NCBI GenBank assembly: GCA_041649615.1
Contig: JBAZMT010000005.1
Coordinates: forward strand, 1-58,319
Length of the DNA stretch: 58,319 bases
Source of the DNA: Parcubacteria group bacterium
Lineage (GTDB): Bacteria; Patescibacteriota; Minisyncoccia; UBA6257; Colwellbacteraceae
Reading direction: 5' to 3'
Shown here: piece by piece, positions 46,265-53,798 of the stretch
Layout: the number at the start of each line of letters is the position of its first letter
Numbering within the stretch: the stretch's first letter is position 1
Notes under the pieces: model-generated
What the model saw: the letters and a program-made list of their open reading frames with translations, nothing else
What the model was told of the DNA's origin: nothing
The model's database searches: none
Program-made: the position numbers and the translations under genes

Positions 46265-46405
46265 TCACTTCTTCCTAATTATTCTTATGATGACCGAAGC
46301 GACCGCTGCGATCAGGAGCAGGTGAATAAGCCACCCTGCCGTTTTTAAAACGAAAACCCCAAGAGCCCAAGAAATGGCAAGAACAATTGCTACCGCCCAA
46401 AGCAT
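46265..46405 (-). CDS. lmo0937-like small two-TM membrane protein
   Basis: Own translation gives MLWAVAIVLAISWALGVFVLKTAGWLIHLLLIAAVASVIIRIIRKK. An alternative start at 46423 would add MLKIKN. It is below the track cut-off. Confidence 0.55.
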   Translation of the reverse strand: MLWAVAIVLAISWALGVFVLKTAGWLIHLLLIAAVASVIIRIIRKK

Positions 46406-46691
46406 ATTCTTTATTTTAAGCATTGATTGATGAAAGACACACGACCAGATGTCTTAATGCTGATTATACCAGAAAGTGCCATGCTGATCTCGCTTATCCA
46501 GTAAAATTTTCCGTGTCGGTGGGAATTATATGGCAGATTTGTGGAATCGGGTATTTTGTAATAACAAACTATAATAACTTTTTAATTAAACTAACGCGAG
46601 AATGGCCAGATGGAAAAAACTCTTCTTGTCGGACAAATACTTTGTAACCGTTTTTTTACTGTCGTTGAGACGAATGCGTTGGTGAAAAATA

Positions 46692-46835
46692 ATGCTCCAA
46701 ACTCTGGACGCCGTTAGAACTATCATCCTGCAGGGTCGGAGGCCCTACGAGATGGAAGCGGCCGTTAAAATGTTAAGAGGAGAGGAACCTTTCGCTGGAG
46801 AAACGATCAAGTGGATGGAGGCCGCAAAGCATTAG
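46692..46835 (+). CDS. Possible 47-aa ORF (or gene remnant)
   Basis: MLQTLDAVRTIILQGRRPYEMEAAVKMLRGEEPFAGETIKWMEAAKH, with GGTGA 6 nt upstream. It is GC-richer than its flanks and convergent with the 1178-aa gene. Confidence 0.25.
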   Translation: MLQTLDAVRTIILQGRRPYEMEAAVKMLRGEEPFAGETIKWMEAAKH

Positions 46836-46849
46836 GCCGACTTATTTTC

Positions 46850-49800
46850 TTAATCACCGTTTATTACTTCTTTAAGATTCCAAAACATACTGTTGCCTTT
46901 TTCAATCAAAAGGTTAATAAGATCGATAACTTTCTGCTTCATCGCTGTATCGCCAGCCTTATAAATTATGTCGAGGGATTGTTTAATTTCATTGTCGAGA
47001 TTAAATAATGGCGCACGTCGATTCTGGTTCAAATTACCAGTTGAATCCAATAGGAAATGCTGGATTATTTCTAAAGTCTTTTCTCCATTTTTTTGAGCAA
47101 AGACGGGGAGCCTTCTCATAAGACCGTAATCCCAGTCGATATCTCCATTTGATTTCTCAAGCGTCTCTGCTACTCGTCCAATCACCTCTTCATCACTCAA
47201 GACTTCTTTATTTGGATTTATCCAAAATCCAAAACCCGCAAGGGGCTCCGGCTCCCTAACGTTCTCCAATGCCCAATCCCAAAACTTCAATAGTTTATCC
47301 TTACTAACTTTATTTTCATTTAGCCATTCATCTCCAGCTTGATCTCGAATTAAGCAGCTGCGACCAATGAAGGATATGAACTCTTGATATCTCTTAGAAT
47401 TAGACGTGCTCCAAAATTGCTGAAATAGCGAGTCCTCGATTTCAAGACCTAAATGAGCGAAAGCAAGCGCGATGTGGACCGCTAGGGATTCATCAAGCCC
47501 CTTGGAGTACTTTCGCCCTGTGTAGATCTTCGGATCAAGAGTAATCGCGTGGCTATAATAAGCACTAAGGTCGATAAAAAGTTTATCGTAGAGAGTATTG
47601 GAAAGATATCCTTCCCAGCTTGCTAGATAAAGGTCTTTTTTAGCAGGATCATCTTTAGGGAATATTTCCGGCAAAAGCCCAGTAACAAATTCCTTATCTC
47701 GAAAATAAAAGGTCGCCAAGTATCGACCAATGACAAACCGAACCGCAAGCGAATCATCAGCAAGAGCCTGCTTAAATAAAGCCTTTGTATCGTCGGCCAA
47801 AGTCTTGCCATCATTCTCAGTGAACACGACAAACGCCTCGTATGCCCGGCCACGCACAGAATTAATCGCCACATGATAAGGCTCACCGTACTCTGGTTTC
47901 TCATGCTCCTTGGAAGGACTATCTTTTATAGACAGAAGGTATGAAATTAAATCCTTTATTTTTATTCGGTTTTGTTTGTGATTATCATCTCGTGTTTCTT
48001 TATTCTCGAGAATGTATAACAGAGCGTCGGTTATTACCTTATGAACTTCAATCCAGTCTGCAAGCCATGATTTATCGTCTTTACGCCTAAAAGGAGTTGC
48101 CTCGCCGCTTTTTTTGATCGCGTCGCAGAGACCTAATAATTGTTCTATCTGAATTAGCGTCAATATTTGTTTATTACGAAGCATCTCTTCAATGCCGCGC
48201 AGAAGTGAATATACATAAGCAGGATGAATATTATCTCGATCGAAGAAAGAAGTGATTTTGCTTAGGTATTCATCGGTGCGCTTTTTAACGTCCTCTTTAA
48301 TAGAATCACCCAAACCTTCCACACCTCGAGGGCTAAGAAAATCGTCATCTTTAAACTGCTCCTTTAATTTCTCTGGAGACCAGTCTGATTTTAGATTTGC
48401 AATAATTTGGTCAACAGCGTAATCCGCTACATTCACCGGGGACCTGTGAGCAACAAAACCAGATTGAATTTTTCCTACAGAAGGCTGAGGAGTATATTCT
48501 GCGTCACACTTGCTTCCAAATATTTCTTCACATTTTTCCGCCTCTTCTACTGTAAGGTGAGTACAAATGCTAGATATAATCTCCCAGCCTGTACGTTTAT
48601 GCCAGGCCTGATCTGGATGCTCCTCCGCTTTCTTCGAAAAATAACTGAATACCTGAGCGACATAAGTACGCTGATCAGCGTCGTCAAGGTAATAAAATCC
48701 AATTTTTAGAGTTTTTTTGTATTCAGTCCCACCTTCAATATCGTAGTAATTTTCTACCTCAAATAATTTGAAAAAGGCGGCCTTAAGTTCTGTCTTAAAT
48801 ACAGTCGGGCATTGAGAAAGAGCAAACATTCTTAAACGCCATGTTGCCCGACAAGTTGGAAGAGTATCAATATATTCAAACAGCCTCTTGGCATTAGCAG
48901 GAGTATCACATTTCTTGCCGATCGTTCCTTCGATCAATTTCTTTATAATCGCAGCAAGATTTTTTATATCCTCTCGGTATGAATAACTGTGTTTATCTTC
49001 AATCTCTAAGGTGAAAATATCGACATCATACAAAGAAAATAGATCTGAATATTGAAATGCTCCAGAATCGTCTGGCGTAGCTAACTTAACAATCTCACTC
49101 ATGACGGCCGTAGTTATTTGCAAGGCTTTTTCCTTATGCAAATCATCAATACCTTCTAATGCCTCAAAAATACCGGAAGCATCAAGATCACTAGCATAGA
49201 ACGGATCGTCCATACCAAAACCAGCAGCTTTTTCAGCCATCTCCGCTTTGCTTTTAGCTAACAGCATCGCCTGTGCTAATTCCAAAATAGCGTCATTCTC
49301 TCTTTTCTCTACTAACTTTTCTACGATTCGAGTAAATTCATAACCGCTTTTACGGAAACTGCGCATAAGATAAACCCACTTCTCATCACGAATCTTTGCT
49401 GTGAGCGTCTTTATTTGTTCTGCCGGAAGCGAACCGATAATCCACATAAAGCGGTCTACCACTTCAGGATTGAAATTTGCTTCAGAGATCGAAGCAGATG
49501 TAATAATCTCAGCAACCTTGATTGGGTTCTTATTGACCATTCGAAGCAGATATTCCAATTCTGAAAGTCGATAAGAATAACTAGTTGTATTTTCTGCTTT
49601 CTTTTTTATCTCATCGAGAAAGCCGTTCTTCCAAAGCCACTCAATCCGAGTTTCATTGGCCTGCGAAAAGAAGTAACGCTTAGCGTCATAGCTCAAAGAG
49701 AACAGTAACCACAAGTATGACGCATCCTGATTATTCTCTTTAAGGAAAGCGTCGATCTTCTCGTGAATCTTGAGAGGATCAAGCGATGATTCCTTCAGTG

Positions 49801-50386
49801 TATTTTCAAATACTTGAACAAGATTATTAAAATCTTTTTCTGTGGGAAAATCCTTCTCATCTACAGTTATCCCAAGCTGTTTAAATATTCTTATAGCACC
49901 TTCCTTACTTTTCTTTTCTGCAAAGTGATGCGAGATTTTTGTAAAAGCTAAATGGGTTTTATATAGGGTGTTGGCAATGATTTTTGCACGTTTCTGTTCG
50001 TGAAGGACTTCAAGGACGCCTCCAATTTTCTCTCTTTTTGTCTGAAGGTTAAGAAGCTTATTGAGAGAATTATTTTTAAACCCAAACTTACTTAACAATG
50101 AATAAAGCTTAACCTTAATTTTGAAATAAACATTCTGATCCTTTTGGCCCCCTAGTCTATAAAGCAGTTCCCGGTAAGAATGAGCAGACTGAGCCATCCA
50201 ATCAGGGTTAGAAGTGGCACTATGTACAACAGCTAGCGCACCTTTAATCAGGTCAGATGGCAAAACTCCATCCGGACAAATTTTTTCTTTCTCGTTAAGA
50301 CGATCCAAATAATTACAAATCCACTCTTGATGTGACTCAAGTTTAAGTGGTCGATCTATCTTGATGTCTAAGTCCTTATCTTCCAT
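46850..50386 (-). CDS. 1178-aa orphan protein, apparently all alpha-helical repeat, with no catalytic or NTP-binding motif recognised
   Basis: It is one uninterrupted ORF in an AT-rich island. I found no Walker A, HEXXH, PD-(D/E)XK, HNH or TM segment. It is divergently transcribed from the LexA-methyltransferase gene. Confidence 0.75.
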   Translation of the reverse strand: MEDKDLDIKIDRPLKLESHQEWICNYLDRLNEKEKICPDGVLPSDLIKGALAVVHSATSNPDWMAQSAHSYRELLYRLGGQKDQNVYFKIKVKLYSLLSKFGFKNNSLNKLLNLQTKREKIGGVLEVLHEQKRAKIIANTLYKTHLAFTKISHHFAEKKSKEGAIRIFKQLGITVDEKDFPTEKDFNNLVQVFENTLKESSLDPLKIHEKIDAFLKENNQDASYLWLLFSLSYDAKRYFFSQANETRIEWLWKNGFLDEIKKKAENTTSYSYRLSELEYLLRMVNKNPIKVAEIITSASISEANFNPEVVDRFMWIIGSLPAEQIKTLTAKIRDEKWVYLMRSFRKSGYEFTRIVEKLVEKRENDAILELAQAMLLAKSKAEMAEKAAGFGMDDPFYASDLDASGIFEALEGIDDLHKEKALQITTAVMSEIVKLATPDDSGAFQYSDLFSLYDVDIFTLEIEDKHSYSYREDIKNLAAIIKKLIEGTIGKKCDTPANAKRLFEYIDTLPTCRATWRLRMFALSQCPTVFKTELKAAFFKLFEVENYYDIEGGTEYKKTLKIGFYYLDDADQRTYVAQVFSYFSKKAEEHPDQAWHKRTGWEIISSICTHLTVEEAEKCEEIFGSKCDAEYTPQPSVGKIQSGFVAHRSPVNVADYAVDQIIANLKSDWSPEKLKEQFKDDDFLSPRGVEGLGDSIKEDVKKRTDEYLSKITSFFDRDNIHPAYVYSLLRGIEEMLRNKQILTLIQIEQLLGLCDAIKKSGEATPFRRKDDKSWLADWIEVHKVITDALLYILENKETRDDNHKQNRIKIKDLISYLLSIKDSPSKEHEKPEYGEPYHVAINSVRGRAYEAFVVFTENDGKTLADDTKALFKQALADDSLAVRFVIGRYLATFYFRDKEFVTGLLPEIFPKDDPAKKDLYLASWEGYLSNTLYDKLFIDLSAYYSHAITLDPKIYTGRKYSKGLDESLAVHIALAFAHLGLEIEDSLFQQFWSTSNSKRYQEFISFIGRSCLIRDQAGDEWLNENKVSKDKLLKFWDWALENVREPEPLAGFGFWINPNKEVLSDEEVIGRVAETLEKSNGDIDWDYGLMRRLPVFAQKNGEKTLEIIQHFLLDSTGNLNQNRRAPLFNLDNEIKQSLDIIYKAGDTAMKQKVIDLINLLIEKGNSMFWNLKEVINGD

Positions 50387-50407
50387 AATTTCAGTTTCTA
50401 ATTATCC

Positions 50408-50448
50408 ACACTTACATTTTCGTAAGATTTTCGGTATACTATAAGTGT
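50408..50448. promoter_or_regulatory. Divergent control region: putative promoter embedded in nested inverted repeats (candidate operator)
   Basis: On the plus strand, TTACAT (50412-50417), a 17-nt spacer, then TATACT (50435-50440). The inner inverted repeat is CTTAC(50411-15)-N6-GTAAG(50422-26). The outer one is ACACTTA(50408-14)...TAAGTGT(50442-48). Confidence 0.4.
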
Positions 50449-50479
50449 ATCACCTAAATTTAAAAACATCGATCAATCT

Positions 50480-52009
50480 ATGCCTATACCAATTACTAAA
50501 AGACAAAAAGAGGCTCTGGACTTTATAAAGAAGTTTATCCGTAAGAAAAAATACCCTCCAACATTGGAGGAAATATGTTTGGGGCTTAAGCTTTCGGCGG
50601 TCTCAACTGTCCATCAGCATATAAAGGCCTTGGCCGAAAAGGGTTATTTAAAAAAGGTTGGAAATAATGCTCGAGCTATTCATATCTACGAATCTGAGCC
50701 TATGATCCAAATTCCCTTCTTGGGAACAATCGCGGCAGGAGAGCCAATCGAAGCAATCAGACAAAACGAGTTTATATCAGTACCAAAGGCAAAACTACCG
50801 AAAAGCGGGCAAGTTTATGCTTTGCGTGTGAGCGGCAATAGTATGATTGATGAAAATATTAAAGACGGAGATGTTGTTTTGGTAAAACAGCAAGAGGTGG
50901 CAGAAAACGGCCAGCGAGTAGTTGCTTTGATAGATAACTATGAAGCAACCCTAAAGAAATTTTATAAAGAGCGTGCGCAAATTAGATTACAACCCGCAAA
51001 TTCAGCCTACGAGCCGATAATCATTAGAAAAGATCGGGATATAAAAATTCAGGGAATTGTTGTTGACGTTATTCAAAATGAAAAAGAACTACTAGCGGAG
51101 AAGATAGAAACAGCGACTGTAAAAAGAACAAAAACTTTGCCACTCAATAAAATTATTTTAGGAGACGCGGTGGCAGAACTAAAAAAGCTCCCAAGTGAAA
51201 GTTGTGATGTTATCATAATCGACCCCCCTTACAATATCGGCAAAGATTTTGGGAATAATATTGATAAAAGAGAATTGAGCGAATACGTTGCTTGGTGTAA
51301 AGAATGGATAAACGAGTGTATTCGTGTGATGAAGCCGACAGCAACTATGTTTATTTACGGTTTTAGCGAAATCCTTGCTCATTTGTCGGTAGGGATACCA
51401 ATAAACAAACGTTGGCTTATTTGGCACTACACAAACAAAAATATTGCCTCTCTTAATTTTTGGCAAAGAAGCCACGAGGCAATTATTTGTGCGTGGAAAG
51501 ATAAACCGACTTTTAATCGCGATGAAGTTAGAGAGCCATACACCGAAGGGTTTTTGAATGGAGCCGCGGGGAAAGTGAGGAGAGGAACACTCGGCAGATT
51601 TAGTAAAAATGGAATAGAAACTGTTTACAAAGCACATGAAGGCGGAGCATTACCTCGCGATGTCATTAAAATTGCCGCTTTAGCCGGTGGAGCGGGAATG
51701 GTTGAAAGGTGGTTTTTGTGCAAAACTTGCAATGATGTTTTTGAACCGCAAGAACTACAAAAACACAGCGGACACAAAATTATGAAGCACCCAACACAAA
51801 AACCGCTTGAACTTTCGCGAAAACTTATAAAATCGGCAATGCCTAAAAAAGACGGGGTTGTCTTAGTGCCGTTCGTTGGTACTGGCTCGGAGTGTGCGGC
51901 CTCAAAAGAATTAGGACAATCTTACATCGGATTTGAAATAAACCCGGACTATGTGCGAATAGCGGAAAAAATGGTTGATAGTGTAAGAATTGCTCCTAAA
52001 TTATTTTAG
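50480..52009 (+). CDS. Fusion protein: full-length LexA (wHTH + S24 autopeptidase) joined to a beta-class N6A/N4C DNA methyltransferase
   Basis: Residues 1-200 carry the LexA wHTH, the FLGTIAAGEPIEA cleavage site (A-G), the Ser box RVSGNSM, the Lys in EATLKKF and the ending IQGIVVDVI. Residues ~215-509 carry motif IV IIIDPPYNIG, HPTQKPLEL and motif I VLVPFVGTGSE. Confidence 0.85.
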   Translation: MPIPITKRQKEALDFIKKFIRKKKYPPTLEEICLGLKLSAVSTVHQHIKALAEKGYLKKVGNNARAIHIYESEPMIQIPFLGTIAAGEPIEAIRQNEFISVPKAKLPKSGQVYALRVSGNSMIDENIKDGDVVLVKQQEVAENGQRVVALIDNYEATLKKFYKERAQIRLQPANSAYEPIIIRKDRDIKIQGIVVDVIQNEKELLAEKIETATVKRTKTLPLNKIILGDAVAELKKLPSESCDVIIIDPPYNIGKDFGNNIDKRELSEYVAWCKEWINECIRVMKPTATMFIYGFSEILAHLSVGIPINKRWLIWHYTNKNIASLNFWQRSHEAIICAWKDKPTFNRDEVREPYTEGFLNGAAGKVRRGTLGRFSKNGIETVYKAHEGGALPRDVIKIAALAGGAGMVERWFLCKTCNDVFEPQELQKHSGHKIMKHPTQKPLELSRKLIKSAMPKKDGVVLVPFVGTGSECAASKELGQSYIGFEINPDYVRIAEKMVDSVRIAPKLF

Positions 52010-52693
52010 AGATTGATCTATTTCTGCCCTCTCTCTTTCAAAAGCAAAAGGAGTAAAAACAACAAATCCATTGGGAAGTCTCTTTAATTCTTTATTCGTC
52101 ATAAATCTTGAATAGGGCAACTTATATGCACCGTCTTTTTTCTTTGGATTAACAAAATAATCATCGCTCGGTACTTCGTATTTTATATCAATAAATTTTC
52201 CGTCTATAATTTTCTTTGATTTTTTCTCCGCTCTAACCTCTCTGCTAAAAGTCGCTTTCTTAACTTGATAATTCAATATCACTCCATGGTATTTGACTTG
52301 AAAGTCGGCCCCTTGATGATCTAACTCCGCTGACATTGCAACCGTTCCGTCGCCGTAGACTGATTCCGCAACATAACCGGCATGAATTTGCGTAATGATG
52401 CTTGCCCATGTGCGATAAATTCTCGCCGGAAGTCCGCGATAAAAACAATCCTTGCACATTGTTATCTTTTGTCGGAATGATTCAATTTCTGATTTTTTAG
52501 AACCGAGATACTCTTCATAAAAATCCTCAAAGTCTAAAAATTTCTTTTGGTCCCAATAGACTTTGTACAGCATTTCTATCACCTGTATTTCTTTGGGCAA
52601 GTCCATTTCAACGAGTTTAATTGGCCTATATTTTTCGCGATAGACCTTAAGATCAACCGACTCTAAAAATTTTGTAAATTTATTTAGCAACAT
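52001..52693 (-). CDS. Putative type II restriction endonuclease (cognate of the fused methyltransferase)
   Basis: 230 aa, directly downstream of a C-protein gene and convergent with the methyltransferase (9-nt overlap). A possible PD-(D/E)XK-like core is ELDHQGADFQVKY...NYQVKK. The call rests mainly on context. Confidence 0.5.
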   Translation of the reverse strand: MLLNKFTKFLESVDLKVYREKYRPIKLVEMDLPKEIQVIEMLYKVYWDQKKFLDFEDFYEEYLGSKKSEIESFRQKITMCKDCFYRGLPARIYRTWASIITQIHAGYVAESVYGDGTVAMSAELDHQGADFQVKYHGVILNYQVKKATFSREVRAEKKSKKIIDGKFIDIKYEVPSDDYFVNPKKKDGAYKLPYSRFMTNKELKRLPNGFVVFTPFAFERERAEIDQSLK

Positions 52694-52696
52694 AAG

Positions 52697-52915
52697 TTAT
52701 ACGAAATACGAAACAGGCTTTTTGTAAATTTCCGCAATATTTTTTAACTCGGCAACATCAAGACGCCTTTCGCCGGACTCTATTTTTGAGATATAGGATT
52801 GCGGTTTGCCTAATTTATCGGCTACCGCCTGTTGGGATAAGCCAGCTTCAATACGCGCCGTTTTTAAACGCTCTATAATGTCTTTGTAATCTTTTGAGTA
52901 AGCTGACTTGCTCAT
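52697..52915 (-). CDS. XRE-family HTH controller (C) protein of the R-M system
   Basis: 72 aa. ARIEAGLSQQAVADKLGKPQSYISKIESGERRLDVAELKNIAEIY has the size and position (4 nt upstream of the R gene) typical of C proteins. Confidence 0.75.
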   Translation of the reverse strand: MSKSAYSKDYKDIIERLKTARIEAGLSQQAVADKLGKPQSYISKIESGERRLDVAELKNIAEIYKKPVSYFV

Positions 52916-52949
52916 AGTTATTTCTATGATATATCCTATTGTGGTATAA

Positions 52950-52962
52950 TCCCAAAATGGGA
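52950..52962. promoter_or_regulatory. Candidate C-box palindrome upstream of the C gene
   Basis: TCCCA-AAA-TGGGA is a perfect inverted repeat, flanked by TATAAT-like hexamers (52945-50 and 52963-68), about 35-50 nt upstream of the C start. Confidence 0.35.
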
Positions 52963-53178
52963 TATAATATGTTTATAGATCTAGTTGCCGAAAATTTTTT
53001 GCAAAGCCTAAGCGATCTGTCCGCTGAAGCATTAGGGCAGGCGGGAGTGAGGTGGTTAAATAAGGTTCCGCTTTTTGGATTTGTGTATTAGATTTGGCAA
53101 AGTGATTTCAAAAGCATGCCCCGTAAGGAGCTTGCTTTCCTGTGGGGTTTGCGAAGGTTTTAATTCGGGAGCAAACGC

Positions 53179-53208
53179 AAAAAAGATGCCACAAAAGCAT
53201 CTTTTTTT
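53179..53208. terminator. Bidirectional hairpin terminator downstream of tRNA-Asn
   Basis: AAAAAAGATGC-CACAAAA-GCATCTTTTTTT is enclosed by an outer inverted repeat GGGAGCAAA (53167-75)/TTTGCTCCC (53212-20) that reaches into the tRNA 3' end. Confidence 0.7.
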
Positions 53209-53215
53209 ACATTTG

Positions 53216-53287
53216 CTCCCCCGGTAGGATTCGAACCTACAACCCACTCCTTAACAGGGAGTCGCTCTACCATTGAGCTACAGGGGA
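53216..53287 (-). tRNA. tRNA-Asn (anticodon GUU), no encoded CCA
   Basis: On the minus strand: acceptor TCCCCTG, TA, D arm GCTC-AATGGTA-GAGC, G, anticodon arm ACTCC-CTGTTAA-GGAGT, variable GGGTT, T arm GTAGG-TTCGAAT-CCTAC, acceptor CGGGGGA, discriminator G. Confidence 0.9.
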
Positions 53288-53379
53288 ATATTTTGTTCTA
53301 AAGAACAGGGTTATATTACAGAATACATACGCGATTTTCAAATAAAAAGACCCTGGGTTATAGACCAGGGTCTTTGGTA

Positions 53380-53715
53380 TTACTCCATTTCCAGGAACAG
53401 GTTTGCCCAATGATCGCCGAATAGTTTGCGGCACGGATAATCCTTGCCGATCTTGTGGTTGTTGCGACACACGGTGTCTCCATAAGGAAGGTCACCTCCA
53501 CATACGGAGCATTTTTCACCATCTCGTTCACAAAACACCCTGATGTTCCTTTCCCTTAGACGGCCAGTTAGATTCCCGACACTGATGCCCACAAGCTCGT
53601 GTTTCTCGTTTGTGATTAACAGCTTTTCGCCGTCATCTGAAAGATTGGCCAATACTTTCTTCCCTAGAGAGTACTGTTTCCGCAAATAGGATGGCAGTCC
53701 AATCAGTTTAAGCAT
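53380..53715 (-). CDS. Hypothetical protein with the same CCCH zinc-ribbon-like tail as 40775..41212
   Basis: 111 aa with SD AAAGGAG. The tail is RVFCERDGEKCSVCGGDLPYGDTVCRNNHKIGKDY. Confidence 0.6.
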   Translation of the reverse strand: MLKLIGLPSYLRKQYSLGKKVLANLSDDGEKLLITNEKHELVGISVGNLTGRLRERNIRVFCERDGEKCSVCGGDLPYGDTVCRNNHKIGKDYPCRKLFGDHWANLFLEME

Positions 53716-53798
53716 CCGACACGCTCCTTTATTAGATTATTTTTGAACTAACCGTTTTATAACGGTTTTTCACAAAACAAGTCAAATGTTTTTGCTCT

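Noticed and set aside
46423-46647. Track ORF of 74 aa on the plus strand in the AT-rich gap.
   Set aside because: It has no SD, an implausible composition and no family resemblance. Its start sits back-to-back with the alternative upstream start (46423) of the lmo0937-like gene, on the opposite strand. I treat the region as non-coding.
43611-47000. A direct repeat of the tRNA-Asn 3' end marking the distal island boundary.
   Set aside because: I did not find one by eye in the intergenic stretches of 43.6-47 kb. This needs a computational search, so the island boundary remains defined only by composition.
53056-53470. Track ORFs 53056..53247 and 53267..53470 on the minus strand.
   Set aside because: The first runs across the terminator and the tRNA-Asn gene. 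The second overlaps the 3' end of the SD-supported 111-aa gene in another frame. Neither has family resemblance or a start context.
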